From Paragordius varius (lineage: Eukaryota; Animalia; Nematomorpha): DNA of 64,000 nt. The stretch spans positions 8,060,001 to 8,124,000 of the forward strand of contig OZ176055.1 of the NCBI GenBank assembly GCA_964247055.1, written 5' to 3'. A program made the translations under genes and the position numbers. Of this stretch, positions 26,201-42,167 are shown piece by piece. The notes beneath the pieces were generated by a model, which was given only the letters and a program-made list of their open reading frames with translations, made no database searches and had not been told where the DNA came from. Positions within the stretch are counted from its first letter, which is position 1. Every line of letters starts with the position of its first letter.

Positions 26201-29200
26201 CCCTCGAATTTCTCAAACAATTTAAATTAACCCTTGAACAATTCGCATTGACCCTAAAAACAAATTATGTGTTTTCGGACTAATATAACTCACCATTAAT
26301 ATAAATATATCTAAATGGCATAGTTTATTTTTTTCAGTATTTTTAAATTTCAAACAAAATTTTTAGATTTGTAATCTTAAAAAACACTTGATTTATTTTA
26401 GGGTGGATTTTCGAGAGTGAATTTGAATTGTTCAAGGGTGAAATTGAATTGTAAATGGTATATTAACAATAAATATTCCTCACAGGTGATTGGAAATGTT
26501 TATTACGGGTTAAATTAATTGGAAAATGGGTAAATTTAATTACTGTAAAGGATTAAAAAAATATTTTATTTAAGGTTTTTTTGTAAATTTTAAATAAAAT
26601 CGTTAAATTAATTTCGGGATAAAATTTATAAAATACCTTTTTATCCCATCGGGGAATGTCCATGGATAATGATAAGGCAGCAGTATTTTGCTTTTTCCAT
26701 TCTTCTGTCCCAGAATTATTATGATTATTACTATTCTATTGTTGGGTAACATAACATTGCAAATTTTACAGTATGCATTTTAATGGTTGGCAATTTGCAA
26801 CACAGTATAGTAGGGCAAATTTGCAACACAGGAGTGAGTGTATGGAAAAAATAATAAAATGTATATTGAATAAAGAATTATTTCCTTTCTTTTTTTCATA
26901 CACTAACTACTTGGTTACAAAATGCTCTATTATACTGTGTGAAATAAGCAACCATTAAAATGCATATTTTAACAGCGAAAAAAATTAAAAGATAACGTAG
27001 CCTTTATTAAAATGCATATTTTGAAATTCTCTAAAAAATTGGTAGCCCAATTATAAATAAAAAAACCAAAAAGTTTAATATGAAACTCTTACCCGCCCCC
27101 AAATTAATTTTTAGCATGTTTGTGTTACGCAAAATATTTTTAAAATGGAATCAAAAGCTAGGTTCGCGCTAATATATGAAATATTTGAACCCAGAATTTG
27201 GGTTTCAAAATTTATCATCAAATTTTTCCATTTGTTAATGAGCGCCCTCCAAAAAATATAATTCTCTAAATAAAAAAACTTAAATTACCGTATTTTGATG
27301 TTTAGTAGATGAACCTATTTTCTTTAAAGGTGATGAGGTTAGGCTTGAGGTATCAGAGCTGGTATCACCATAATTTCCACTAAAGGGAAAAATTAAATAT
27401 ATAAAAACATAAAAAGTAATATAAAATAATATACATTTTTTCGTGAAATAAACCATATTTTATATTATTCTTAATTTTATCTTATAAACTTGTAATAATG
27501 ACTAAAATTGTGAAATCTAAACTCGAATATGTTATTAATGTGCAACATATCTATTCCTTATTTCACAAATCGAAAAATAGGTTATCTTTTTCAAAAAATA
27601 TATAATTTTATTTATAAAAAATATTCCTTTTTTAAATTTTTTAACTTACTGTAACTTTGTGGAAAATTCATTTTGATCATCGTAGGATATGTTTTCATCA
27701 AGTATAAGACCAAATGCATGGGCAGTAGGAATATGTTTAAATGTTTTAACCAAATTTAATGGCTATAAAGGACAAAAATAAAAATTACGAAAAAAATTCA
27801 TAGTTAAAAATGATGCAATAAAACTATATTATTAATTATGGGAGTCTTTTTTAATTATTAACAGAGAAAAAATCTATATATTAAAAAAATAATTTTCATT
27901 TTTCAGCCTAAATTATAACGCATTCAGATTTATTCAAACATATATTTTAATTTTTTCTCTTTAATCAAATTAAATACCCATAAAAGGAATAATATGGCTC
28001 TTTACTAAAATTTAAAAGGCAAATCAATATTTATACAAAGTAATATAGGGTTTAAAACTTTCATGGAAAAATTGAGTCACCATTTTAAACCATTAGCCTG
28101 ACAAAATATGTAAAAAGTTAATTTTATGGAAATTTCTAAACTCAATACTTTGTGAAATGAAAAAATAATTTTGATGAATTAGTATGGAAATTACATATAT
28201 ATTTTAATATTTTTTACAAAAATATAATAAATTATATAATTTTGAGTTATATAATGTTATGTGTTGAAAATTCATTATTTGGGGTATTTCTATATCCCAG
28301 AGCCATTTGAAATTTGAATAGCTTAAAAAGTATTTAAAAGCCGAATTTAATAATATAGTTTCGTTAGTCTTTTGGAAACATTGTGAAAAAAATTTTTCTA
28401 ATGCAAAATTGTAAAAAATCCTCATCTCAAACATTTTTTTCCATAAATTTTTTTGAATCGCTAATGGAACAGGCACAAATGAATGTATTTTATGGTTAAA
28501 AAATGTAAACACTTAACTTTAAAAAGGTTTCAACTTGATATATTTTGATTTTAATATCAGCTGTTTGTTTCAATCGTGCTTTAGAGCTGTCCCAATTTTA
28601 TCTAGAAGTAATAAAACTGTAAAAATATAAGCTTTTTTATCTAATACATGACAACAATGTTTGATAATCAAATTTTAAGTAAAATAAAGTTCAATACTGT
28701 AATTTATTTACTAAATTAGGCTCTGGGATATAAAATTACCCCAAAATGTAAACTAGGGCAAAAAAGGGAAAAAGTATTGAAGTGTTAAAAGACATTTTCA
28801 TCACAAATTATATAGCTGTTTCCAAATACAAAAACCTTCAATATATACCATTTACAATTTAAGTTTACGCTCGAACAATTCAAATTCACCCTTAAATAAA
28901 TTATATGTTTTTTAAGATCAAATAATACCTATATTTTTATATATTTTTAAAATCAAAATAATACTAAATAATAAACTACGCCGTAAAGCTACATTTCAAA
29001 TTAATGGTGAGTATATTAGTTCGAAACACATAATTTATTTTTAGGGTAAATTTAAATTGTTCAAAAGTGAAATTGAATCGTTCAAGAGTAAATTTGAATT
29101 GTAATGGTATATTATATTTACAACAACAAAAATTATCAATCATCCTTTAGTTTCAATATTTTAAAATTCGCTTAATTTATTTATTTTGGGATAAAATTTA

Positions 29201-31703
29201 CCTGTACAGGTTCATTGTGGTAAAAAGCATCCATCATATGATATAAAAATGCCAATTCACAAGACAAACAAAATTCGCCCTCACATAAATGATTTAGTAT
29301 GTGGGAACGGAAAGGTTGAATAAAATATAGCATCTATCAATTAAAAAAAAGTAGTTTTTAATTATTTCATTCAGATGAATACAATTTTTTTATTATTTAA
29401 AACTTTTTTTTAATTTTGACACTCACTAAGCTAAAAAAAATAGGTTACTTGTTAAAAAAATATATTTGGAATTTCGCTTATAGCCCAAAATGATTTCGAA
29501 ATTTTATTATTTAATAAAAAAATTAATAATATAATTTCGTCAAATTATCAAAAAATGCAGTTTATATTTTAGTATTTTATAAATTAGTTTTTTTGATTAA
29601 AATTAAATTTACTTGAAGTACGGCATTTATATACGTGTTCTGTGAACCCGATAAAAGTGTAGGGAAATGTGTAGGATTATAATCATGGTAATTAATTTTA
29701 TCCTTGAAAGACGTATTCTTCAAATATTGCTAAATCCATATGTTATAATGTAAAAAATAAAAGTTATTTCACAAAATCCTAACTAATCGAAACATTTGAA
29801 AATATCCAGAAACCTAAAGTTTTAACTAAATTTTGTTCATTACGTAATATTTTTTTTTCAAAAAAAAATCGTATAAAATATTTTAGGAATAATAAAATAT
29901 ACCTTTCCATATATTTGAGGCACTAAAATCAATGATTCACTTGCATTTTTATTGTAATTATTATCAAAATTTTCAGGAGGATTATTATTGTCGAAGTGTA
30001 TATCCTCATTTGGAAACAAAGAAGTTTGACTATCAAAAAGTTTTGTTTAAAAAAAATAAATCAAAAAAATTTAATTTTTATCTGGTAATATGAAAAAAAA
30101 TTATCATACATTTCTTTAGCTGCTTTCAGGGGATCGTAATATTTTGGTGCGGAAGGATATATTTTGGCATATTCTGATATGTAACTTAGGTCTGTACATC
30201 TATGAAAATATAAATTATAACAAAATTTGTTCATGTTTGAATGAATCTTCAAAAAAAAGCATATATACCTGGAAAAAATATTTTTTTGTCTATTGATTAT
30301 TTAACATTCGAAAAACTATAAAAAAATGATACATTTAATTTTTGAAAAAAAATGTTAGTAAAATAATAATAGATAAATCCTGCTTTTATAGATTGCAAAT
30401 ATGCAAATTATAATTAAAAATATAATTAAATTTTTTAACTAATAAATTATTTAACTTTAATTGCTTATGAAGTAATTCAGGATCGTAGGGTAAACCATTA
30501 GGAATGTGTTGGGGTGAGGCTGGAACATACCCCACAAAATGCGACATTTTCATATTTTCTATCACATCAGCTGATATAGGGAGCACATTTCTGCACATCA
30601 TTAATATTATGCAATTATTAATTTAACATTTCTTAAATATTAATAAAAAACCTTTAATAAATGCAAAAATTCAAAAATTTAATATTTATTATTCGCAAAC
30701 ATTTTAATAAAATTATTTTTAAAAATGCTTTTTGGATTTTATCTCATAAAAGCAAATTTTAGTGTTTTATATATATATATATATATCCTTAAAAATATTT
30801 GACAAATGGTTATTTAAATTTTAATAATAAAAAACTATTATGTTACCCCTCCCGTTCCCACTTAATATATATCGATGATAAACTCTTTAACACAAATTGT
30901 CTTTTTAGGAGCTAATTTAATTGAATAATTTAACATATTTAAAGATTTATGGTAGACCGATCAAATTTTTGTATAAATTTCAATGGCCAATCTGAAGCTA
31001 GCGGGTAGGGATTTATTAATTTTTCCACGCAGTTAAATTCATTGCTATTCTCACCCAATGCTGTAATGAGAGGTTTCGTAAAATCATCAATATCTAATTA
31101 ACAGAACGTAATAAAATACCATTTAAAGTTCAAATTGACCTTAAACAATTCAAATATACCCTTGAATAATTCAAATTCACCCTTGAATAATTCAAATTCA
31201 CCCTTAAACAATTCAATATCACCCTTGAATAAATTATGTGATTATCAAGATAAAAAATACCTTTATTTTTTATATTTAAAAATGAAATTTCGTTTAAAAT
31301 TAACCTAATAATGAAAAAATAAGAAACTATGCCATAAGAATATATTTCTTATTAATGATGAGTTATATTAGCCCGAAAACACATAATTTATTTTTATGAT
31401 GTATTAAATTCAAGGGTGTATTTGAATTGTAAATGGTATATATTAAATATATAAATTATAAATTAAATTTTTACTTTGACGTTTACCCGAAGCTTTTACT
31501 GAATCTTAACTTATGCCATAAAATATTTTTGGCTAGAATATGATTATTTAAACCTGCAAATTCGAAGAAAAAAAATATTTTATTTTTTTATTAATGACAC
31601 CAAAATTTAATAAAAATAGACATCTGATTTTGAAATCAAAAGTTAACAAAAATTTGCTGTCAAAATGTAATATATATCATTTTAGTGTATCTTAATTGTA
31701 TTT

Positions 31704-31748
<45 letters not shown>

Positions 31749-34189
31749 TTGTTTGCTACCCATTTTAGCGATTAATAAAATATGCGAAATATTTGGTATT
31801 GAGATGACATTTTTTAAAATGCTTACATTTTTAAATAGGGGTAATGAGCCTAAAATGCCAAATAAACATCTATAAATTTGACTCAATATCATAGTAAGTT
31901 ATTTATATTTAAAATTGCTCAGGGATAAAAAAAACTTAACAAAAGGTAATAAAGTATTAGATTATTGACATATATAGAATTGAAAATTAAAAATAATATC
32001 AATTAAACAATTTCAAATAAATAAAAGTAAAAACACTATTTATAAAAAAATAAAATGTGTGGATAACTTAATGTGGGTAAATCTGTAGCAAGGTCCGGAA
32101 ATTCGGTTGGAAAACTGAGAATATTGAAATGCATTTCATTCGTTTCAGTCATGACTGCGTTTTTATCAGTTCGATAGATTTGAACTCCACCTATCAATAC
32201 GAAAAAAAAGTTAAAAAAATTAAATAATTATTACAATATTACAAAGTTATCAATTTTATAAATTTCTACAAAACGAAAAGATATAATAAAAAATGAAAGG
32301 TACGAAAAATACGGTTATAGTATAAAATATATTTGGCTTTTGATTTTACGTTTTTGTCTTTAAAATTAAATTTTTTTAGAAATATAAAAATTATATTATC
32401 ATACCTAACGCATCGCCCAATGCAAAAAATTTATTGTTTCCAGCAACATCCATACAAACAATTTGACCATGCTGAAAATTATAAATTATGCTACTGAGAT
32501 GTTGATTTGCTTGAACATCAAACAGTTGATAACCACCATCCTAGGGCCCCAAAAAATATTTCTTTCAGATATTAATAAAAATGAATTATATATTTTGAAT
32601 TTTTTTTGGAATTTTAATACAAAGGATTATATTTTATTTTAAGTTTTTTGTTAAAATATTGTAATAAATATAGTATCTATATATGTACCAATACATTCTG
32701 TTTTCGTTTTCTTAATACAGTTAAAATTTATTAATTCGAAACTCAAATAAACAATTATATAGCTAAAATTTCATAGAAAATATTTTATTTATTATATATC
32801 TTTATATATATAATAATTTAAGGAATAAAAAGTTTAATATAACTTTAACGATTTCCCATTAATTTAATCAAAGATTTTTAACTTAAAGGAGACCTTACTA
32901 ATTTATTGTTTATTTTATTTATAAAATCTAGATGACCAGCTAAACTACAATAATATTTGAATTAAGAAAACATTAAGGATTAATTAAAATAAAAAATCAA
33001 TACATTTGTAATGGCTATCATACGTTCAGTGTACGTTTTTATGAATCGAACAGCGCATGGCATCAAATTAAGTTGGATTGGGGTTAAACTTTGTTCACTT
33101 CGCACATCATATTTCTTGATAAATCTCTCCGATAAAATATTGTCGTTTCTAAGAGATTTTTACCAAAAATAAACTATTAAATGAAGTTTTTTTGGCAATA
33201 AAATGTTATGTTACAAAAACAGTCATATATATTTAGAGACCAAAAAATTATTTTATAAAGAAAACCATAATTTTTCAACTGTAATTTTTTAATATATATT
33301 ATCGTTTTGGTTTAAATAAGGTATAGCTTTTAAATGGGCAACATATGAAAAAAGTTAATTGGTTATTTTTAAAAAAATTGTCTCTTAGCTTTTACGTTTT
33401 GTCTTTATAATGTTAATTTTTATTTTAAAATATATTTAGTAATAATTGTAAAAGTAAACCTTTTAAAAGCACCACAACATATTATAATATAGTGGGAGAT
33501 ATCAATATCGACAATATAATTTTGTTTTGAATCAAATTCCCGTAATCGTTTTAATTGAAAGTCTCTCAAACAAATCTAAAAAGCAATAATAAAGGCAAAA
33601 AATACTTTTCCACCATGTGCAGTGGCTATATGTAAATCCGTTGCTTTTATTAATTCACAGCATGTGTATTCTGATATTTTTTCCTAACAAAAATTAAAAT
33701 GAAATTTAAAACTTCGCGTTTTATGTACTTTATATTTGAAATATTTAACACGACAAACTTTGGTTTGGATCCACCAATAACAATTTGATAATCCGTAATG
33801 TTAATAAAACAAAACGCTTCAAATATATTGGAAAGACTATTATGGATTATCAAATAAAAACTCATAATTGGTTTTTGGAAGACCGCCTCTTGTATATATT
33901 CTGATGGATGTTTTGCTCAAAATAAACAAAAACAATGGATTCATACAGATAGCTAATACAGGAAAATCCTTAAAAGTTTGAAATGATGTGTATCTGATAA
34001 AGGTTGGCCCGTAAAATGAACTTACATGTCCCTAAAATGAATTTAAAATAAAAATACATTCAAATTTCCCGTCCATAATAAATCCTGATATCGATCAAAC
34101 TTCAAGCAAGTTATTGGATAAGTTTCCACATCTTGAACATATTGTAAAAATTCGTATTCAGGAAAATTATTATCGTAAAATCTGATCAT
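20300..34189 (-). CDS. PAN2: PAN2 poly(A)-specific ribonuclease catalytic subunit (WD40 + pseudo-USP + DEDD nuclease), ~30 exons
   Basis: Exons: 34058-34189, 33862-34031, 33713-33836, 33606-33683, 33460-33575, 33004-33148, 32405-32540, 32068-32190, (31500-31553 possible), 30958-31093, 30456-30590, 30110-30199, 29903-30029, 29613-29729, 29202-29333, 27650-27762, 27289-27379, 26637-26735, 25542-25618, 25286-25425, 24253-24371, 23672-23902, [23260-23670 unresolved], 23190-23259, 23016-23119, 22779-22932, 22601-22713, 21505-21754, 20988-21172, 20728-20821, 20300-20469. Motifs: PLASDWP, HLCEGEFCLSCEL, AWCENCQ, IALDAEFV, VARITCLRG, FVGHNLTKDF, ISLKFLVWYYF, THDSVEDA; the four DEDD acidic residues are intact. 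The start codon is less certain than the internal exons. Confidence 0.92.
22186..22470. mobile_element. MITE family A (TACCATTTAC...GTAAATGGTA, 21-bp subterminal repeats)
   Basis: Matches the other six copies; lies in a PAN2 intron. Confidence 0.85.
23916..24200. mobile_element. MITE family B
   Basis: CAGTAAAAATTGAAATTATACGGACAAAA and its inverse; PAN2 intron. Confidence 0.75.
24452..24721. mobile_element. MITE family B
   Basis: Same TIRs; PAN2 intron. Confidence 0.7.
24758..25153. mobile_element. MITE family A, longest copy (six 21-bp GGGTGAATTTGAATTGTTYAA units in the right arm)
   Basis: TA-flanked TIRs; source of the spurious NNSNSPL-repeat ORF. Confidence 0.9.
26179..26460. mobile_element. 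MITE family A
   Basis: Same TIRs and core; in a PAN2 intron. Confidence 0.85.
28846..29109. mobile_element. MITE family A (core inverted)
   Basis: Same TIRs; core in reverse orientation. Confidence 0.8.
31117..31438. mobile_element. MITE family A (core inverted)
   Basis: Same TIRs; several 21-bp units in the left arm. Confidence 0.8.
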
Positions 34190-34287
34190 TATTCCCCTTT
34201 TTGTATCACATGTTTCACATTGCTAAAATTTAAATATTTGAAATTTTAAATTAAATAGAGCATTTTAATGTCTATTCATTGAGATCA

Positions 34288-34325
34288 GGGGTGTCCAATA
34301 CAATGGCCTCGCGTGCCGCATTTTC
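34288..34325 (+). mobile_element. Solo hAT-type terminus (CAGGGGTGTCCAA...); similar ends at ~35131 and ~61219
   Basis: Resembles the common hAT MITE end CAGGGGTGTCCAAAC; partner ends not found. Confidence 0.45.
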
Positions 34326-35333
34326 GCTTAAAACTACCCAAAAATATCGTAAATGAACTTTAATGAATGATTAATATGTTATAATTGTCGGATTAAAAAG
34401 ATATTAACGCCGAACTCAATGTAATTTTTTGGCAAAATTCAAATGACATATTCAGTTTTGCCTATTTATTTTTTTTTAATAAAAATCTATTTACGTTTAC
34501 GGTTTTATCTAAAAATATGAATGATGGTGTTTACTTTAAAGATTTCTTAGTATTTTACGGAATCTAATCAAAAGATATGTGATATATAAATATTTAACTC
34601 TATCGAACATTATTTTTGTCAAATAATATGGATAGAATTTTGAAAAACCTATCATAATAATTATGTTTTTTTATATTTTGGTTTCATTCCAATTTAATTA
34701 CGAGGATGGCCTGTTGGACACTTTTGATTTAGATATTAAATATAATATGTTTAGTCGATATAAAAAAATTAATATTAATATAGTGTCTCCAATTAAATTA
34801 TTTTATGGATATATAGGCCTATCAAAAAATGGCTCAAATATTTAACTTCAAATCAATCCAAATAAAAAATATTAACTTGCTTAAAGTGTAAAATCCAAAT
34901 TAACATTTTTGTTATATTATGACCTTGCCTGATCGTTTTTTACCTAGGTTTCAAGTATTTATAACCATTCAAATAAATATATATCGGGTGTTTTATTACA
35001 TTCTATAAAATTGGTCATCAGCTCATGACGTATTTTGATATTTTTTAGGACACAGTTTTAATATTTTTTCAAAATCATATTATACCTATTCAGGCAACGA
35101 AATCTCTAATCTACCTTGCTTATATATCTCTAGGGGTGGCCAACACGCATTTTTCCAAATTTCTGTAGCCCGTGAGTAATTTTAAATAAAAAATTTTACG
35201 AAGTCCAAATATTATTTTTTTAAACATATTTTCTGAATAAATCCTCCCGAACTCGACAGTGAACTAGCCAAAATGGTAAAATAATTAGTAGTTTTTAATG
35301 TATTATGTTTAAAATTTATATAATATTAGTCAA

Positions 35334-36973
35334 CCTTTATCAATCTTTAAGGGTTTTTTCTCCCAACAAGGAGGTAACCCTTCGGATAGATTTACGCCAT
35401 GAGCATCGGTCCTGTACATCATCAATTTTGAGGTTTAAAATAGCCAGATCGTTTTCCACAATAGAAAGCCAACTTTGTAATGGACGTCCTTTACGATTTC
35501 GCAAACTTGTAGAAAAATTGACCATGCGGTATAGCCAACTTTCATGTGGGCGTCGGTGAACATGTCCCGCGAATCTCAGACGATTTGTGCGCAAACAGTC
35601 GATAACTGGAGTCATTTGTAGGACAGTATATGGGTCAAATTTATTATAGTGGGTTTGTTGCATAAAGTATAGTTTTTAGAATTCTGTTTTCCGCTTGTAA
35701 CTTTAGTGAATTTGTTTTGGTTAAAGCCATAGCTTCTGTTGCGTAAATTAGAACGGGTCGTATGGTGGTGGTGTACATAGTCGATTTGGATTTGAATGAG
35801 ATGTATTTATTGTTTATAATACTTTTGAGTTGGTGGTATTTTGACCAGGCGTTTTTTATACGGTTATTGATGGTTGGTTCACGGCCCCCACCAGCGCTTA
35901 TAATGTCACCTAAATATGTGAAACTTTGTACTGTTTCAAAAGGTTCTTCATTACGTACACTTTGTGGAGGCTTAGTTGGGTTGGGCGTGGTGCAATTGCT
36001 GCATATAAAATCGCGATGTAATTTTAGCGATTTCAACTGAGAGCATTTTTTGTGGACCCATTTTTTACATTTGAGGCATTGGATTGCGTTGGTTTTGACT
36101 TCTTTATTACATATTGAGCAGGGCCATTTAATGGGATTGTATTTATTATTATCGTTCATTAATTTTGTTTTGGATACATTTACCTTAAGTCCAAATATCT
36201 CTAGCTGTTCTTTCCACCTCGAAAGATTTGTCTTTAATTGCACTTCACTGTTTGCCATTAATACCAAGTCGTCGGCGTAAAGGATGTTGTATGGTAAGCC
36301 TTGCTCTAAGGGTTTAGAGATTTCATCCATAATAGTTATAAACAAGAACGGGCTTAAGAGCGAGCCTTGATGCAGCCCGGAGTTAATTGAGAGTGAGTCG
36401 GAGTGCCCTACGCTTGTCGCCACCTGAGCTTTGCACTCGGTATATAATGCCATTATTGATTCAACCATCCATTCGTCAATGCCTTTGTTTCGTAGGGCCC
36501 ATGGGATTAAAGTTCGGGGTACCGAATCAAATGCCTTTTCGAGGTCGATAAAGGCATAAAATAAGGGGCTATTTCGAAGGTGTGCTTGTTGAAGTTGTCT
36601 TAAGATGAAAATGGCGTCTGTGGTTCCTTTGTTGGGTAAGAAACCACACTGCATTTCATTTATATCTATCCTATCTTTTAGCTTATTTAATAGAATAAGT
36701 TCAAAAAGTTTCATACCATGTTCGAGTAATTTTATTGGGCGATAGGAGTCAGGGTTAAGTCTGTCTCCTTTGCCCTTATATAGGGGTATTATTAAGCTAT
36801 TGTTCCATTCGTTTGGAGTTATATTATCGTTAATTATACTATTAAATATATTACACAGTATCGGTGTGCTTAGTTTTGAATCCAAGGCGCTGATCATTTC
36901 TACAGTAAATTCAGAGGGACCGGAGGCTTTATTCCTTTTCATGTAACGAATTCCTTTTTCAATATCAATTTCC
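35334..36973 (-). mobile_element. 5'-truncated RTE-clade LINE (reverse transcriptase with embedded PHD-like finger), 17-bp TSD
   Basis: RT motifs YRPIKLL, QCGFLPNKGTTDAIF, FIDLEKAFDSVP, GLHQGSLLSP, YADD, FTYLG; RTE-type C-terminus RLRFAGHV...GRP...W. One frameshift near 35650-35700. Perfect direct repeat TATATAATATTAGTCAA at 35317-35333 and 36974-36990. Confidence 0.93.
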
Positions 36974-37443
36974 TATATAATATTAGTCAATACTCATATT
37001 TGCGAATGATGCCCGCAAAGCGATTTTTTTAATAGATTATATCAATTTACCAAGGCGAAACCAATAAATTTTTTATAAACTGTCTATTAACAAAAAATAA
37101 TATACTGCCTTAAATAAAAATGACAGAACCTACAAGAATCTTATATTTTTTTAAAAAATATCCCTAACATTGGTTCGGCATAAAATATGCTCAAAATTTA
37201 TTATGCATGAAATATGTACATGAAACTGATTAATTTTACAAATAGCGTACATGGATATTTATTTTTTTTGTCCAGGAATAAGTAATGCTCTTTATAAGCA
37301 TAGTAGTATTGTATTTGCAAAATAATTTGTCATAATTACAAAGTACAAACGGGTTATAAAAAGGTTTCATTTAACATTGCATTTATATATAAATTTAGGC
37401 ACAACATATCTAATCAAATATTCATAATTTATTATTGTATATA

Positions 37444-39676
<2,233 letters not shown>

Positions 39677-39934
39677 GGCGCCAAATATACCGAATCAAAA
39701 AGAGCATTTTAGTTGTAACTTTGATTTGCAAGAAAGAAACTTTTATACTGTTTTGCAATATTTTTTCGAAGTCACACCTTATCTAACACTTAAACTCATT
39801 ATCTTTTAACCTTTCTGTGGTTTATTGAATAATATTGTCTTAATTAAAAAGTTGTAAAAATCTATTGATATAAAGGGTGTTTTTCCAATTTTATATCATT
39901 TGTGTAATTAACACTTGGATGCAACACACTCATT

Positions 39935-40497
39935 TTAGTCCTTCGATTCAAATTGGGGTAGTTGGATACCCCAGGCATGTTTAAAATCAAATACTTTAAA
40001 AAGTATGGAAGCAATCAAAACCATGGCAAAATTTTGCACTTATATAACATTAATAAAGCGAAATATATAAAAAATTTTATTCAAAAATACTTGATATTAC
40101 TTATTTTAAGCTAAAACCGAAAGGTAAAAATTTCATCAACATAACATGTGTCAAATTGTAAAATTAAAAAATAATACAAAATAAACCGCTTTTTCTATTT
40201 CTATCAATTTTAAATGTAATTTATTTAAAAAATTAGCTTTAGTTTTACCCTTAAAATTAAATGAAGAGGTTATTTTGTAAAAATTTTGTAAAATAAAAAT
40301 GGCGTCGAAGTAGTTTGAGATGGAACTTTTTTTTCAAAACAAAATTTTATCAAGCGATTTTGGCATATTTATATAATTTTTATCAGGATAGAAGCATAAA
40401 TTTAAAATGGGACCGTTTTCTTCAATACTTTTTAAAAAATATTAATTTAAATTTAGTCTGGGGTATTTAGATACCCCAATTTAAATCGAATTGTTAA
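39935..40497. mobile_element. piggyBac-like non-autonomous element
   Basis: Inverted ends TTCGATTCAAATTGGGGTAGTTGGATACCCCAG / CTGGGGTATTTAGATACCCCAATTTAAATCGAA with TTAA at the right. A related inverted pair lies at 28281-28304 / 28720-28743. Confidence 0.5.
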
Positions 40498-40568
40498 AAA
40501 AGCCTTTATATCTACAGTTTTATCATTTCTACATCTACCCGAAATAATTTATAATTTTATTGATTATA

Positions 40569-40790
40569 CAATCATAGCCTTTATTTTATCAAAAATTTAT
40601 TTTTTTGTTAAATGGGTATAAATATTTGGTAAAGAATGGAAAAACGTGAGCTCTATGGTAATTCTTATACTTTTTTGATGAATATATATTTTTAATATCA
40701 TAAGCTCTTGTTCTTCCATTATTTAATAAATATATATACCCATTTAATGAAAAAAAATAAATTTTTGATAAAATAAAGGATACATGACGG
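40569..40790. mobile_element. MITE family C, second copy
   Basis: Colinear with 14781-15006. Confidence 0.85.
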
Positions 40791-40849
40791 TAGTTAGGAT
40801 CATGTGGAAAATGAATAAATTACATGTGAATATTTAAAAATTAGCATAT

Positions 40850-41900
40850 CACGAACTTGAAATTAAATTTGCCCGATTTTGATTTAAATAAACTTTATAT
40901 TAATTTTTAATATTCACCTTTCGTCAATTTAAAAAATTTTTATAGACAGTGGAGCGAAATTTACATTGCAAGTTTTTGTTTAATTGCCTAGAACATACGG
41001 CTAAGAGTTTGGTTAAAGTTTTTAAAACCTTTTTTGTTATTCATCAATAATAATGATTTTCGCTACATTCATGCTATCTCGCAAAGATCAGTGAAAAACC
41101 ATAAGTGTATAGTTAGTCAAACTGGTTCACCTCTAAAAGTAAAAGATTTTTGATGCATTGAATGATATACTACATTGCAGACTCTGTTTTTATTATCACG
41201 CAAAATCACACAATATTTGTTATTAGATAAGCAATCTATATCTTTCCTATTCATTAATATGGCGGAGAACTTGCTAAGTGAATGAGAATAGGGGTGGAAA
41301 AATGATTCGTTAATTATATATATTATTCAAAAAAGTTTTAAATGAAAATCGAAGACATGAGGAATAATTATTTTATTAGTTCTACTATTTGTCAAAATTA
41401 TCACATTCATTGCACATTAGGTAAATACAATAGATAAAAAGTCCACCAATACTGTAAATATGGTCATAAAGATCTAAACGCAAAATGTTAACTCTAGATT
41501 TAAGAATAAAAGAATGAAATAAAAAAAATATTTGACCAAAGAGGATGTAGCTAATAATTGTAATAAATTTTCAATAAATCGAGTCTTATTTGGCGGGTTT
41601 TAATGTCCAAAAGCGGGGAAATAATCCAAATTAAACCAATCTAGCGTATGTGTTTGTAGCGAAAAGATTGAGTTATCCAATTATATAGAAACCTGACCTT
41701 ATAATTTCTATGATGCAGTTGGGCCAGTGGTGTGCTCTTAAAATTTTTAAGGGTCGAATGAGTTCTTGATTTGTATTTAGCTAAGTTAGATGTGGTCGGT
41801 ATCTTTCCATTTTTCGAAACTAGTACATCTTTGGCACAAGTTACATAATTCAATCACATAATTTGACCGTAGTATAAGAGTCGACTTTGTATGATTTAAT
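40850..41900 (-). mobile_element. Probable heavily decayed BED-finger hAT (Ac/ZBED-like) transposase remnant
   Basis: TCAKDVLVSKNGKIPTTSNLAKYKSRTH resembles a BED finger; ILRDN resembles the IVTDN catalytic segment. Many stops, and no termini found. Confidence 0.4.
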
Positions 41901-42167
41901 TGTTCTGAGATACTTTTTTATATGTAAAGATGTGATTTTTTTTGGATATGAATTATGTTTTCCGATTAACATATTTTCTTAATTAAATCACATCTCACTT
42001 CTGTTCGTTTGATTTTAGGATTTACGCTGCCAATAGCAATGTGTGCGTGCTTTACGGAGAAAATAATTTAAGTTATTATTGTTTATTATGATATGAAAAT
42101 TGTCGCATATATAATACTTGTTAACTTTTATTGGATACCAATGTAGCTATTTTCAATTAGGCTAACG

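Noticed and set aside
29613-29729. PAN2 USP domain lacks the catalytic cysteine (NTYINAVLQ)
   Set aside because: Expected: PAN2 is an established pseudo-deubiquitinase.
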